Translations under genes and position numbers: made by a program
Shown here: positions 19,763-30,686 of the stretch, in pieces
Numbering within the stretch: position 1 is the first letter of the stretch
How the letters are laid out: every line of letters starts with the position of its first letter
Source of the DNA: Piedraia hortae CBS 480.64
Taxonomy: Eukaryota
Direction: 5' to 3'
DNA length: 64,000 nt
Assembly: GCA_010093745.1 (NCBI GenBank)
Contig: MU005966.1
Location: 317,628 to 381,627, forward strand
The notes under the pieces: generated by a model
What the model saw: the letters and a program-made list of their open reading frames with translations, nothing else
What the model was told of the DNA's origin: nothing
The model's database searches: none

Positions 19763-22700
19763 ATGGCGTCCTCAACCAGGCCCGACTTCACAGTCAATCT
19801 GGATGGCCTCGGCCAGCTAACGCCCAGCCAGCGGTCGACAAATGCGTCCGCCAGCACGTCGCCGCTGGAGCCGCCTGCGGGTTCAGGCGTGCGGCATCTG
19901 GGCGGGTTGGGACCCAGCAGCCGCGGCTCACCGTCCAAGGACTTTGGCGGCAGTCGTCTATTCCCGCGTCGCGCTCGTGAGATTCAGGCACAGGAGGGCG
20001 TTTCACCGTCGGCCCGTCGTCCACCCACGATTGGCAGCGGTCACTCGACGCCGCTGCGCGAGACCATCCCCGAATCGCCTGGCTCCGATAGCTTCCCCGA
20101 TTTTGACTCGGCCGCCACCGTGTCCACGCCGCCCGCTACTCGACGTGCCCGCGCTGGCACCGTACCGTCGCGCTTCCCAGGGCTGAGCTCTCAGTCGCTG
20201 CTGCTGCCCAAGTCATCGCGCCCTACGCCGTCTTCGAGTCCTTACTATCCGGGCACGCCTTCTTCGGAGCAGGCCAAGGGCGGTGTGCAGTCGGCCAACT
20301 CAGCTCTACTCTCGCGACTGAGGGCCGGCTCGTTGCCGCATCGCAGCTACATTAGCGGTGCAAACCCGTTTGGGTCGACCCTATTTGCCAGCAGCTGGAT
20401 GGCCAGCCGCGAGCGTGCTAATACACTGCACAGCATTCGCTCTTCAGACGCCCCATCATCTCCCCACGACTCACCCGCTGACAATGACGTACGCACCCTA
20501 GACTACCTGGGCCTAGCCGAGACGCCGTCGGTGCCGTCGCTATCCAACGGCGTGACAATCGAACAGCTGGCGGCGCTAAATGCGTTTAACAACAAGAACC
20601 TTGCTAACCGCTTCCGCTCGTACTCGGTCAATGCCAAGGAGAGATACGATGACGGCGAGGACGACGACATGGACCAGTACGATCCGCTGCAGACATACCC
20701 ACCAGCAACGGCGGCCGAGGCAGCGCATGCGGCCGCCGTCCACGAGGCTGTTCGGCAGCACAACTTGGAAGTACAGGCATTTGCAACCCTTGCCAGCGCC
20801 AGCCGGCCGCGTGCACGAACGGCGGGCGTCCTGGACTCACCGGTGCGGGCGATGCGATCTGCATATGTCCAGGTGCCTTCGCGGCTTGATAACAGCATTT
20901 CGGCGTCAGGGCTACACGAAGGCGATGGTAGCGACTATGACGGACTCAGCAATGCCATGCAGAACATGCAGCTTAATTCATTTGAGCTGGAAGGTGGGCT
21001 GGAAACGCCAACGCGATCACTCTGGCTCGGCAACATCCCTTCGTCCACGACCATCTCTTCGCTCGAAGTTTTGTTCAGTCCGTTTGGGCCCATTGAATTC
21101 GCACGCGTCCTGACGCACAAAAGCTGCGGCTTCGTCAACTTTGAACGCATTGATAGTGCCATTACAGCCAAAGCGCAGTGCAATGGCAAAGAAATGTTTC
21201 CCGGCTGCGGCCCTTTACGCATTGGCTTCGCCAAGGAGCAAAATGCCACGTCCGGAACCAACAGCGTCTATCCTGCGTCCAGCCCGGACCCGTTCGTCAC
21301 CAAGAAACGCGCCGAGCCCACGCAGTTGGCGACGACAGCTAGTGCGGATACAGCAGCGGCCGCGCTGGAAACGCCAGATTTGATGAGTTTGCGGGACGAG
21401 GTTTTCAACACGGTGCAGCAGCTGGGAGCGACGGTCGAAGACCAGAAACGTATCGGCGACAACCTTGAGCGCGCAATGAGCTACGATTCGTACGTGGCCG
21501 AGATCCCGCCCATTCCGGAGGCCAGTCACAACCGCGTTCACGATGCTCCGCGGCTGCGAGAGGTGAGGAAGCGCATCGACAACAACTCGTGTACGCAGAT
21601 GGAGATAGAAAACTTGGCGCTGGACATGCTACCGGAGATTGCAGAGCTGTCATCAGACTACCTGGGCAATACGGTGGTTCAGAAGCTGTTTGAACGCTGT
21701 TCCGAGGAAACCAAGGAGGCCATGCTGGCAGAAATCGGCCCTCATCTCGCCGAGATTGGTGTGCACAAGAACGGGACGTGGGCGGCACAGAAGATCATTG
21801 ATGTTGCACGCACGCCTACGCAGATGAGCATGATTGTGGATGCCCTCAGGCCGCACGGCGTCAATCTGTTGTTGGACCAGTACGGAAACTATGTTATGCA
21901 ATGCTGTCTACGCTTCCAGTCGCCGCTGAATGACTTTATCTTCGATACGATGATTAGCCGACTATGGGATGTGGCCCAGGGCCGCTTTGGTGCGCGCGCA
22001 ATGAGAGCTTGTCTGGAGAGCCACTTTGCTACAAACGATCAGAAGAGACTCATGGCAGCCGCAATCGCCCTGCACAGCGTCCAGCTCGCGACAAACTCGA
22101 ATGGTGCGTTGCTCTTGACCTGGTTCCTGGACACTTGTACGTTCCCTCGTCGGCGTTCAGTTCTGGCACCGCGTCTGATTCCGCATCTCGTCTACCTCTG
22201 CACGCACAAGGTCGCCTACCTCAGTGTGCTCAAGATCATCAACCAGCGCAACGAGCTGGATGCACGGGACGCCATGCTTCGTGCCTTGCTCTACGACGAA
22301 AAGGTGCTCACTGACATTGTCAGCGACCAGACGTGTGGCGCCACTCTGATCTTCAAGGTGCTTACTACTCCGTTCTTGGATGACAATGTGCGGCCAGAGT
22401 GTATACAGAACGTTCGTAATGTGTTGATGAGATTGAAAGTGCAGCCGTCGCAAGGGTACAGGCGGCTAATGGACGAGGTTGGCATGTCTACCCGACGAGG
22501 AGGAACTCCAGCGAGTCAGGAAGGGCGGTCAAGCTCCAGGTCACGGATGAATGGGCCTTTACCACATCTTGACACTAATCACAACAACATGAGGACTCCG
22601 TTCCAGCCTCAGATGGCGCCCGGCATGGCTATGGATCGGTCCGGCCACATGAATTATGACCCTTTTGGTAACGGCGTTTCGCCTCACTATGCACACTCGT

Positions 22701-23059
22701 CGCCCATTGCCGGTCCTGGAATGAGTCCTCTGCAATATCAGCAGGCTATAATGGCGCAAAGACAGGCTCCCCCGGGATTTTACGGCACGCCAGGTCCTGT
22801 TCACGCGAACATGCCCATGGGAATGCCCTTCAACTCACCCCAGCCCGGCATGATGGACCCCTATCGAGCGCCTGTAGTGCCTCCGATGGGGTACCAGCAG
22901 CCGCCCGGTTTTGCACCGCAGGTGATGGGCATGAACTCGTATGGTGGACAGTACCCGAAGCCACAGTCGATGCCACAGTATTACCCAGGTGGAAACAGAA
23001 GGGGAAGGGTGAGTGGCAGTGGGCCTTCAAATCACCAAGGCTGATTGTTGCAGCAATGA
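19763..23059 (+). CDS. JSN1: Pumilio-family RNA-binding protein with RRM (Jsn1/Puf1-Puf2 type); terminal intron 23009-23053
   Basis: RRM TRSLWLGNI...CGFVNF; Puf repeats DYLGNTVVQKLFE, HKNGTWAAQKII, DQYGNYVMQCCL. Confidence 0.88.
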
Positions 23060-23214
23060 TATATCTGGAAAAGGATGACGGAAATGCCTGGCAGGCCGTG
23101 TAGTGATAGATTCATGTTTGTTGGGTGGGACCATGGTAGGTAGGTACCTAAAAATGACCTGTCAATGCATCTGCCCTATTCCCGTCATGCAAAAGTAAAC
23201 ATAGTACAACAGTA

Positions 23215-25200
23215 CTAGGCACCTGTGTTATCGAACCAGTCTTGAATAGCATCCACAATCTCCGCCTTCTTCAAGCCCGAGACGCAGAGGTTCTTCGTAA
23301 TCGCCCATGACCTTAGTTTCTGAACGGTGAAGGTATACAACCTTCCGGAGTCATACGCAGACTTCATCTGGGCATCACTGAGGGTATCAAGACGTTGTCT
23401 CTTCGCACCACCACCACCACCACCACCACCACCACCACTGGCACTCGACTTCCCCAAACTACTGCCAAAGCGCTTCACCCCGAGCCTATCAGTATGCTGA
23501 TCAACCTGACTCTCCTGCCAACTAGCAAACTCTTTATCCAGCATGCGCGTCCACTGATGCACCAGCTTACCCGTACGGGCATGTATCTGCCGAAACCTCG
23601 GCGTCGTCTTATCATCCAACTTATCCGGCAAATCCTCATCCAGCGCCAACGCCTGCAAAATCCGATAAAAGTGTTGTAGACTCGGATTCGGGTACCTCCA
23701 TGGACTGTACGTCCCCCCCGGCAAATGTAACTGCTGCACAACCCCGCGCGTAGCATCCGTCAAGGGATCCGTAGTCCTGATCTTCATAACGCCCAGATCA
23801 GGTGCCTGCCGGATATCATCCGCATAGGGAAGGGGTTTGAGGTACAATCCCTCTGGGATAGTCATCTCTTTATCCTTCATCTCTCTGCTCGGCAGGATGG
23901 CGACGAGCCTCGGCGTCGCGTTTCGTCTGGCAATGTACCATGCTAGACCGACTTTGTCGTCTTTGAGCAATTTCTGGTACAGAGCGGAGAACACCCGTGT
24001 AGACCCGACGTAGCTCGTCTCAGACGGGTAAATGTATGTGCTTGATGTGATGTTCGCCCAGACCGGGATCGCGGCGAGGGGTTTGAAACCTATTACCCGG
24101 AGGACTGGCTCGCCGAAGGATTTGATTTTGGAGATTTCTTCGAGGGTGAAGGGTATGCTTTCGCCTCCGAATTTGTAGCCTTTGCGTATTTCGGCTTTGT
24201 CGATTGTTTTGGTTGGGTCATCGTCTGAGACTAATCTACTTGTCCCGGTTGCGATTTGGGGGTTGCTTCCGTCTGGGGGAAGGTAGACGTAACTCGTGCG
24301 TTTGGGTTCTTGGCGTTTGAAGATGTTGAAGCCTTTTATGCTGATTTTAAGGCCGGGGGCGATTTCGAAAGGGAGGTCGTTGAAGAGTGCCCGTTGGGGG
24401 GTGGAGCGGGAGATGACGGATGAGATGAGGCTTTGCAAGAGAGTGATGCCGTCTTTGGTTGTGGAACTGACTGGTTTGACGTCTTCGAGAACTGGCATCG
24501 GGGCATCTGGGTCGGATGGCGTCAGCGAGTAGACGATGTCGTCGTAGAACTTGGTTCGGTCAAAGTAGTAAGGGGGAGAGCGATTGGGATGGGAGATTGG
24601 GAAGAGGTCAATGGTCACACCCAGGTCGTAGAGATCCTTTGCCCGGACTGCAGCACTGTTACGCGCATACTTGTTGCCCGCATGAGGGGAATCGTTGTCT
24701 GTGACGATGAACAGGCGCCTTGAAGCGAAGTTGGTAGCGCGAGAGGCAAAGATTTGGTTGGCGCAAAAGAGGACGTTGGCCATGCTGACCTCCTCCTCGC
24801 TTGAAACGAGCAGCTTGGATGCTTCGTCTTCATCATCAACCAGATCGCGAAGCTTCTTCACATCGGCGGCTAAAGGCACATCCAGATCGAGCAGCAGGTA
24901 GCAATGAGGGTAAAAGGGCCCCATCTGGCCAGACTCTTCGTCGTCTTGGAACTTGGATTCCTCGGTACCAAATAGCATGACGCCCATGCGATCATTTGGA
25001 CTGCTCAGAATGCGCTGCTGCATCAAATGGTATGCGCATTTCAGCGCAGCCAAGGCAGAACTCGTATCTGCTCCATCGGGAACGGCCAGCATCGATTGCG
25101 ATACGTCAATCGCAAATAAAACGGCATCTTTGACTACTTTGTAATCATCTTCGCCCAGCTCTTCGTCGTTTTCGTGGATTGGGTCAAAGTCGGGATCCAT
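23215..25200 (-). CDS. KU70: Ku70 DNA end-binding protein (intronless)
   Basis: DAVLFAIDVS vWA start, RLFIVTDNDSPH, LPYADDIR, YPNPSLQ; C-terminal SAP-like TVQKLRSW...KKAEIV. Confidence 0.95.
   Translation of the reverse strand: MDPDFDPIHENDEELGEDDYKVVKDAVLFAIDVSQSMLAVPDGADTSSALAALKCAYHLMQQRILSSPNDRMGVMLFGTEESKFQDDEESGQMGPFYPHCYLLLDLDVPLAADVKKLRDLVDDEDEASKLLVSSEEEVSMANVLFCANQIFASRATNFASRRLFIVTDNDSPHAGNKYARNSAAVRAKDLYDLGVTIDLFPISHPNRSPPYYFDRTKFYDDIVYSLTPSDPDAPMPVLEDVKPVSSTTKDGITLLQSLISSVISRSTPQRALFNDLPFEIAPGLKISIKGFNIFKRQEPKRTSYVYLPPDGSNPQIATGTSRLVSDDDPTKTIDKAEIRKGYKFGGESIPFTLEEISKIKSFGEPVLRVIGFKPLAAIPVWANITSSTYIYPSETSYVGSTRVFSALYQKLLKDDKVGLAWYIARRNATPRLVAILPSREMKDKEMTIPEGLYLKPLPYADDIRQAPDLGVMKIRTTDPLTDATRGVVQQLHLPGGTYSPWRYPNPSLQHFYRILQALALDEDLPDKLDDKTTPRFRQIHARTGKLVHQWTRMLDKEFASWQESQVDQHTDRLGVKRFGSSLGKSSASGGGGGGGGGGAKRQRLDTLSDAQMKSAYDSGRLYTFTVQKLRSWAITKNLCVSGLKKAEIVDAIQDWFDNTGA
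23406..23437. repeat. (ACC/GGT)n microsatellite encoding poly-Gly in Ku70
   Basis: About ten ACC units visible. Confidence 0.85.
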
Positions 25201-25261
25201 GGTTCGTGTTTGCGGGAACGACGTCTACCTAGAACCTAAGAAACAGCACAACTAGATAGGT

Positions 25262-26437
25262 ATGCAAAAACTCATCAGGCCCCAACTGCGCGGGTTCGCA
25301 ACGCAGGCGCCCTCCAAGGGCCCCACGGCCATGGTGTTTATGAACATGGGCGGGCCGTCGACGACGGGCGAGGTTGGCGACTTCCTCTCCCGCCTCTTTG
25401 CTGACGGCGACCTCATCCCGCTAGGGAGGCTACAAGGCTACATTGGGCCGCTAATCTCACGCCGCCGTACTCCCAAGATTCAGAAACAATATGCAGCTAT
25501 CGGCGGCGGTAGTCCGATACGCAAATGGACCGAATATCAGGCCAAGGAAATGTGCAACATCTTGGACAAAACGAGCCCGGATACAGCCCCCCACAAGCCC
25601 TACGTCGCCTTCAGGTACGCCAACCCGCTGACAGAGGAGATGTACACTCGCCTGCTGGAGGACGGCTTCGGTCGTGGCCGCGGCGGGAGGGCGGTGGCCT
25701 TCACGCAGTATCCGCAGTATTCGTGCTCGACAACGGGCAGCAGCCTGAACGAGCTGTGGAAGTGGCGGCAGCGGCTGGAGTCGCCGTCGCGCAACCCGGA
25801 CGCGCCAGCTGACGGCTCCATCAGCTGGTCAGTTATCGACCGCTGGCCCACCCACCCGGGGCTCGTTGAAGCTTTTGCCGAGAACATCACGGCTGCGCTG
25901 CAGACGTACCCGGAGGAAGTACGTGATAAGGTTGTGCTGCTCTACTCTGCCCACAGTCTGCCCATGTCGGTGGTCAACCGTGGCGACCCCTATCCCGCCG
26001 AGGTGGCGGCGACGGTGTGGGCGGTGCAGCAGCGCCTGGGCTTCCGCAACGCCTACCGCCTTGTGTGGCAGTCTCAGGTCGGACCGTCAGCCTGGCTCGG
26101 TGCTCAGACGTCCGACACGGTGGCCAACCTTGTCAAAAAGGGTCAAAAAGACCTTGTGTTGATCCCCATAGCCTTTACCAGCGACCACATTGAGACGCTC
26201 TACGAGATCGACCAAGAGGTCATCCATGAAGCCGACCAGCTCGGCGCAGAGGGCCGCGTACGGCGGGCAGAAAGCCTCAACGGCAGCCCGACCTTCATCA
26301 ACGCCCTGGCAGGTATTGCGGCCGCCCATCTGCGCGAGAACATTAGCTGCAGCCGCCAGATGACGCTCCGCTGTCCTGGCTGCCAAAGCGAGCGATGTCT
26401 AGAGCAAAAGAAGTTCTTTGGCCAGCATTCAGTGTAA
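25262..26437 (+). CDS. HEM15: Ferrochelatase (intronless)
   Basis: NMGGP, IGGGSPI, YPQYSCSTTGSS, SAHSLP, FTSDHIETLYEID; C-terminal Cys cluster. Confidence 0.96.
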   Translation: MQKLIRPQLRGFATQAPSKGPTAMVFMNMGGPSTTGEVGDFLSRLFADGDLIPLGRLQGYIGPLISRRRTPKIQKQYAAIGGGSPIRKWTEYQAKEMCNILDKTSPDTAPHKPYVAFRYANPLTEEMYTRLLEDGFGRGRGGRAVAFTQYPQYSCSTTGSSLNELWKWRQRLESPSRNPDAPADGSISWSVIDRWPTHPGLVEAFAENITAALQTYPEEVRDKVVLLYSAHSLPMSVVNRGDPYPAEVAATVWAVQQRLGFRNAYRLVWQSQVGPSAWLGAQTSDTVANLVKKGQKDLVLIPIAFTSDHIETLYEIDQEVIHEADQLGAEGRVRRAESLNGSPTFINALAGIAAAHLRENISCSRQMTLRCPGCQSERCLEQKKFFGQHSV

Positions 26438-26461
26438 ATTATCTATCTAATCGTGTATTCA

Positions 26462-27517
26462 TCACGGCCTCCACGTCTCTAGTTCCAGCCCGCAAATCTC
26501 CATTCTCTTCTGTGCAAAGCGGCCATACAGCTTCGTCCATGTCCAATCGGCATCTTTGTTCTTAGGCCTCGCCGCCACTCGCTCCGAGTACGGAATATCA
26601 TACTCTGGTCCAGGCAGCTTGGGGTCCCGGAAGCGGAGATACGACGCATTCTTAAGGAAGCCTTCTCCGTCAAAATAATCGTCGGGCATCAACGAATGCA
26701 GCGGCGCCAGCGTCTGCAGCGCAAAGGAAAGCCGCGCCGGTTCCAACAGAGTGGGCAGAAGACTGTCGTTGTAATTGACATGTATCTGCTTTATCAGGGA
26801 ACCGTGGGCGTCCTGATCCGGCTGCAAGAGCATCAGATCCGTGGCGTCCTCGCTTTCCCCATCTAGAACCGCCAGAGGTGCGGTTTCCTCGTAAAAGGCA
26901 AGCAGCGCATCCAATGCCATCGCGTCGAGGACCAGCCCCGGAGCCTGGAGCGCAAGCACGCGATCAACCTCTTTCAGCGCAAATGCACTCGCAATTGTGT
27001 ACACCGATGACACGGGGTGTATCGGTCTCAGCTCCACGCCGTATCTCCGCGCCGCGAGCTTCATCAACCGCCTACTGCTCGACAGCTCCGGGTCGCTGTA
27101 GTCGCCTCTGGTGTTCTTCGTCATGGCCCAGTCCAGCGGGAACATTAGCATCCGCCTTGCTGGGCTCTTGCTTTTGCGCAACTCGGCCAGCACCATGATT
27201 GCGCTGCAGACATCATGGTGTGTGCGCGCAATCTGCACGTGTGCGAGTCTTGTCCAGTCAACATCCTTTGTCAATGACAGGAGCTGCTGCTTGTCGATGC
27301 CGCTAAAATGGCGACTGGACGCGAGGGCTGCGGGGAGGGACTGGCCCGGTCGTGGTGGTGCTGGCGGAACCCACGGTTTAATGGCAGCTTGAAGACCGCT
27401 AAGGGTCCGCTGCTGGATGACGTAGCCCGAGAGAAATAAAACGAGTGTGAAGACGAAGATTACTGCCGAAGATAAGAGTATGGTGGCTTGGCTTTGCGTG
27501 AGGAGGATGCGGCGCAT
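26462..27517 (-). CDS. Type II membrane glycosyltransferase family 8-like protein (diverged, GNT1-like)
   Basis: N-terminal TM; CSAIMVLAELRKSKSPARRML; YLRFRDPKLPGPEY; WTKLYGRF...C. Canonical DxD not evident. Confidence 0.6.
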   Translation of the reverse strand: MRRILLTQSQATILLSSAVIFVFTLVLFLSGYVIQQRTLSGLQAAIKPWVPPAPPRPGQSLPAALASSRHFSGIDKQQLLSLTKDVDWTRLAHVQIARTHHDVCSAIMVLAELRKSKSPARRMLMFPLDWAMTKNTRGDYSDPELSSSRRLMKLAARRYGVELRPIHPVSSVYTIASAFALKEVDRVLALQAPGLVLDAMALDALLAFYEETAPLAVLDGESEDATDLMLLQPDQDAHGSLIKQIHVNYNDSLLPTLLEPARLSFALQTLAPLHSLMPDDYFDGEGFLKNASYLRFRDPKLPGPEYDIPYSERVAARPKNKDADWTWTKLYGRFAQKRMEICGLELETWRP

Positions 27518-27697
27518 TTTAAAATATCATCCGGAATGTCGCTGGAAGCCGACCTTGACATGCCCGCTAGGACTGACAGAGTTTAATGCCTGTAGATCTG
27601 CTGGGGAAGCGTACCCGCACATCTGGTAGTTAGCGCATGCTAAAAGCTCAGGGTCCACAACTAACGATAGAACCCTCATGGAGAAATTTCCAACAAC

Positions 27698-28387
27698 ATG
27701 ACTCACCAAGCGGACGCGCGCAAGGCCCTCGACGAGCGGGGATACAGCGGCGTACTCATCCACGGCGATAATCCATTGAAACTCTTCGAGAAAGCCGTTC
27801 GCGACAGAGTTGTTGCGAGCTACTATTGGAAGGAGCAATGCTTTGGACTCAACGCTGCGACCCTTCTCGATCGTGCAGCGGAGCTCACCTTCATCGGAGG
27901 CACATTTGGCGTAGCGCAGAGACCTACGCCGTTTCTCTGTTTAGCTTTCAAGCTCCTACAGCTTGCCCCAGAGCGGGAAATTATTTTGTTCTACCTCAAC
28001 CATGCTGGCGAAGAGTGGAAGTATCTCCGTGCGCTGGCGGCTTTTTATATACGCCTCACGTGGGAGAAGGATGAGGATCTTTACACCACTCTAGAGCCGT
28101 ATCTGACTGATTCGAGGAAGCTAAAGAAGAGAGCAAGGGAGTCGTGGACGTTGACCTATATTGATGAGTTTATCGATGACTTGCTCACCAAACCCCGCGT
28201 TTGTGCAACGAGTTTACCAAAGGTTAATCCCCGAGGTTGGCTGGAAGATGAGGGTCGTTTAGAGCCGAGAGTGAGTCCTCTTGCGGATGAGTTGGAGAGG
28301 CTGGATGCCAGCGGGGAGGAAGAGGATGGAAGCGAACATGCAGAGGATCCTCCTCGGGAAGAGGGTTCCAGCGAAGACGAAAAATGA
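27698..28387 (+). CDS. PRP38: Pre-mRNA splicing factor Prp38
   Basis: YWKEQCFGLNAATL, PTPFLCLAFKLLQL, KYLRALAAFYIRL, IDEFIDDLL. Confidence 0.95.
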   Translation: MTHQADARKALDERGYSGVLIHGDNPLKLFEKAVRDRVVASYYWKEQCFGLNAATLLDRAAELTFIGGTFGVAQRPTPFLCLAFKLLQLAPEREIILFYLNHAGEEWKYLRALAAFYIRLTWEKDEDLYTTLEPYLTDSRKLKKRARESWTLTYIDEFIDDLLTKPRVCATSLPKVNPRGWLEDEGRLEPRVSPLADELERLDASGEEEDGSEHAEDPPREEGSSEDEK

Positions 28388-29220
28388 GATCCGTGGAACC
28401 CGTCATATCGACGAAATGATCCCATATGCTCGGGAATGTATTTACGATGGTGCTACATGGGCCTGATCGCGAACAGGTTTGCCCCATGTGCCCGGTTTCA
28501 AAAAAGCTGCTACATTTAAGCTGTTGCACTTGATAAGCTTCTTTTAAGCTTACATCTTAGCTTATGTTTAAGCTTCTAAATTCTCTGGCTACGGACAGTG
28601 GGACAGCTGAGCACAAACACTATTCACGACGATGAGGAATTCATGTATTCACTGGCAAAGAGGAAGGGTTGACATATCCCAAGACTAGGTCGGGACGTTC
28701 ATCGGTCATGTTAAACGGGTTGATACGGCGTCTGCATTGCCTGAATACGGTTATTGATACTTCTTTGTTGTTTTCTCCGCCAGCGACACGAAATCGGAGC
28801 GAAGCAAGAGACAAAGGACCACAGGTATCACAACGGTGGTGACAAGTGCATTGTGATGAGCCTTTGTTCCCACGTTCCGAGCCTTGCTGTATCGAGTTGA
28901 CCAGCACTACCTTGGCTAGAACAAAGAAGCACACCACGGCAATCTGCCTTGGTCACGTAGAAAAAGGCAGCTTGTTTGCCAACAAAGCATCAGGCTCACC
29001 AAGGTGCTGATCTCTTGGTCTCCCACACTTGAACAAAGACCGAAGCAGGCATTATATATATATAACACAGTCCGCTCGAGTCGGCAAAAAAGGCACCAAG
29101 ACTTCGACTTTAACGCCCACACCCGCTCTCCAAGATACCTAAAAAGGAGCAGGCCTCTTCCCTCAAGTACAAGCGCGACGAGCATGAGGAGAAGGAGGAA
29201 CCCCCACAAAAGACACCAGG

Positions 29221-30038
29221 ACTCTGTCCGAAAAACTCAACGCCTCCCGCCAACGTGAAATCAGCGACGAATTCCACATCGAAGTTTTCAATAGCACCAA
29301 CGCCGATAACCGAACCATCAAAGTCTTCACCGGTGTCAAATGTCTCATCACAAACAAACTCCCATATATGCTCCCAAGCTACGCCACGCACATCATCTTC
29401 GATCCCCACCACGAAACCATAGCCGTAGTCCAAGCCCCGCCAAAGGGCAGCAACGCCGCCCTCTCCGGCTTCCCGGCGAAGTCATCGGAGCAATAACCCA
29501 TCACTCCTTCGCGCAACGAGATTTCGTCGAAATCATCAACCTCGCCACCGACCAACAAGAGAGTGGTCCAGGCCGCTACCTCATGGACAAGTTCAAAGAC
29601 TACATCCGCTCCATAATGGGCGTAACACACATCATCGGTTACGGAGACCTTGAAGCCCTCGGCTAATTCTGGTAGCAGGGCTTCATGAGTTAAATCTCAA
29701 TGCCAGTCACAAAGTGGGCTAATTGTATCAAACACCATAGCAAGGCGCGGCTCAATAAGTGTTCGTTGCTCCCGAGGATCAGATATACCATTCCCGATAA
29801 GTTTCTGGGGAAACAGAAAAATGCCGCAAAGGAGCAGTTGACTGCTGCGGTGATGAAGTGGAAGGCACCGGTTTTTCCTTCCCCAGTGGAGTTTATCTCA
29901 ACGCCTAGGGATGTGCCCTTGTCGAAGTTTGAGACTTGGAGTCCTGAAGAGGGACTGGGATGTCGCCCAAAGAAAAAGCCAGAGTATGAACCGGCTAAGA
30001 AAAAGGCACGGAAGGATAACTGTCCCAAGGTTAGGTAG
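29221..30038 (+). pseudogene. Diverged GCN5-like histone acetyltransferase pseudogene (HAT domain)
   Basis: One frame gives FTGVKCLITNKLPYMLPSYATHIIFDPHHETIAVV. After a frameshift near 29468: PGEVIGAITHHSF..FVEII..DQQESGPGRYLMDKFKDYIR..HIIGYGDLEALG*FW*QGF..CSLLPRIRY..WSPE, colinear with Gcn5. Stops at 29664, 29673, 29691. Confidence 0.8.
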
Positions 30039-30217
30039 ATTTCTATAGACAATCAGTCGTTTTGTGGTCTCACCCTCGGCATGTTTTTCACTCTTATTGC
30101 TTAAGAGCTATCATGTTGCTTCATCTATCTCGAAGCTGGAAATCCGCTCGTGCTCAGAGCCGTGGTTTAAGTGCAAGCTACTATATATTCACCAACTACC
30201 ATAAACTACACTATGAT

Positions 30218-30289
30218 GCAACCATGGTCTAACGGTCAGGATTGCTGCCTTCCAAGCAGCAGGTTCGGGTTCGACTCCCGATGGTTGCA
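30218..30289 (+). tRNA. tRNA-Gly (anticodon TCC), intronless
   Basis: Acceptor GCAACCA/TGGTTGC; anticodon arm GCTGC-CTTCCAA-GCAGC; T arm TCGGG-TTCGACT-CCCGA; T-run Pol III terminator at ~30297-30303. Confidence 0.95.
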
Positions 30290-30686
30290 ATGCGCCTTTT
30301 TTTGCCCCCAGCAATCCCCATTCGTTGATGTGTTTTTTGTTCGACGAAAGGGGAAGATGCACGAAAATTCGTAGGTGGCTAATTACCCACGGTCTAACTT
30401 GGATTGAATACAGTGGATCGATCTGGCAGAAAAGTTAGTACGCCATGTATGACACAGAATCCGGTGTATTCTGGGGCCCACAACTGTGTGCAGATTCCAA
30501 CAACCTGTTACATCCAGGACCGACGATGAGCGGTTAGCCTTACACTTGATGGGAACAGGGATACGAAAGTCAGTAGAAAGACATTGAATACCTAGAAAGT
30601 ATCATAACCTAGAACAGTCATTCCAGCTACATAAAACAAGACTCATCCAAAGATTGATAAACAACGGTTTCACGCCCAACTTTTTG

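Noticed and set aside
29664..29693. Stop-codon recoding or A-to-I rescue of the GCN5-like gene
   Set aside because: A frameshift is also present, editing would give Trp at positions that are not Trp in Gcn5, and other genes in the window end normally at TAA/TAG.
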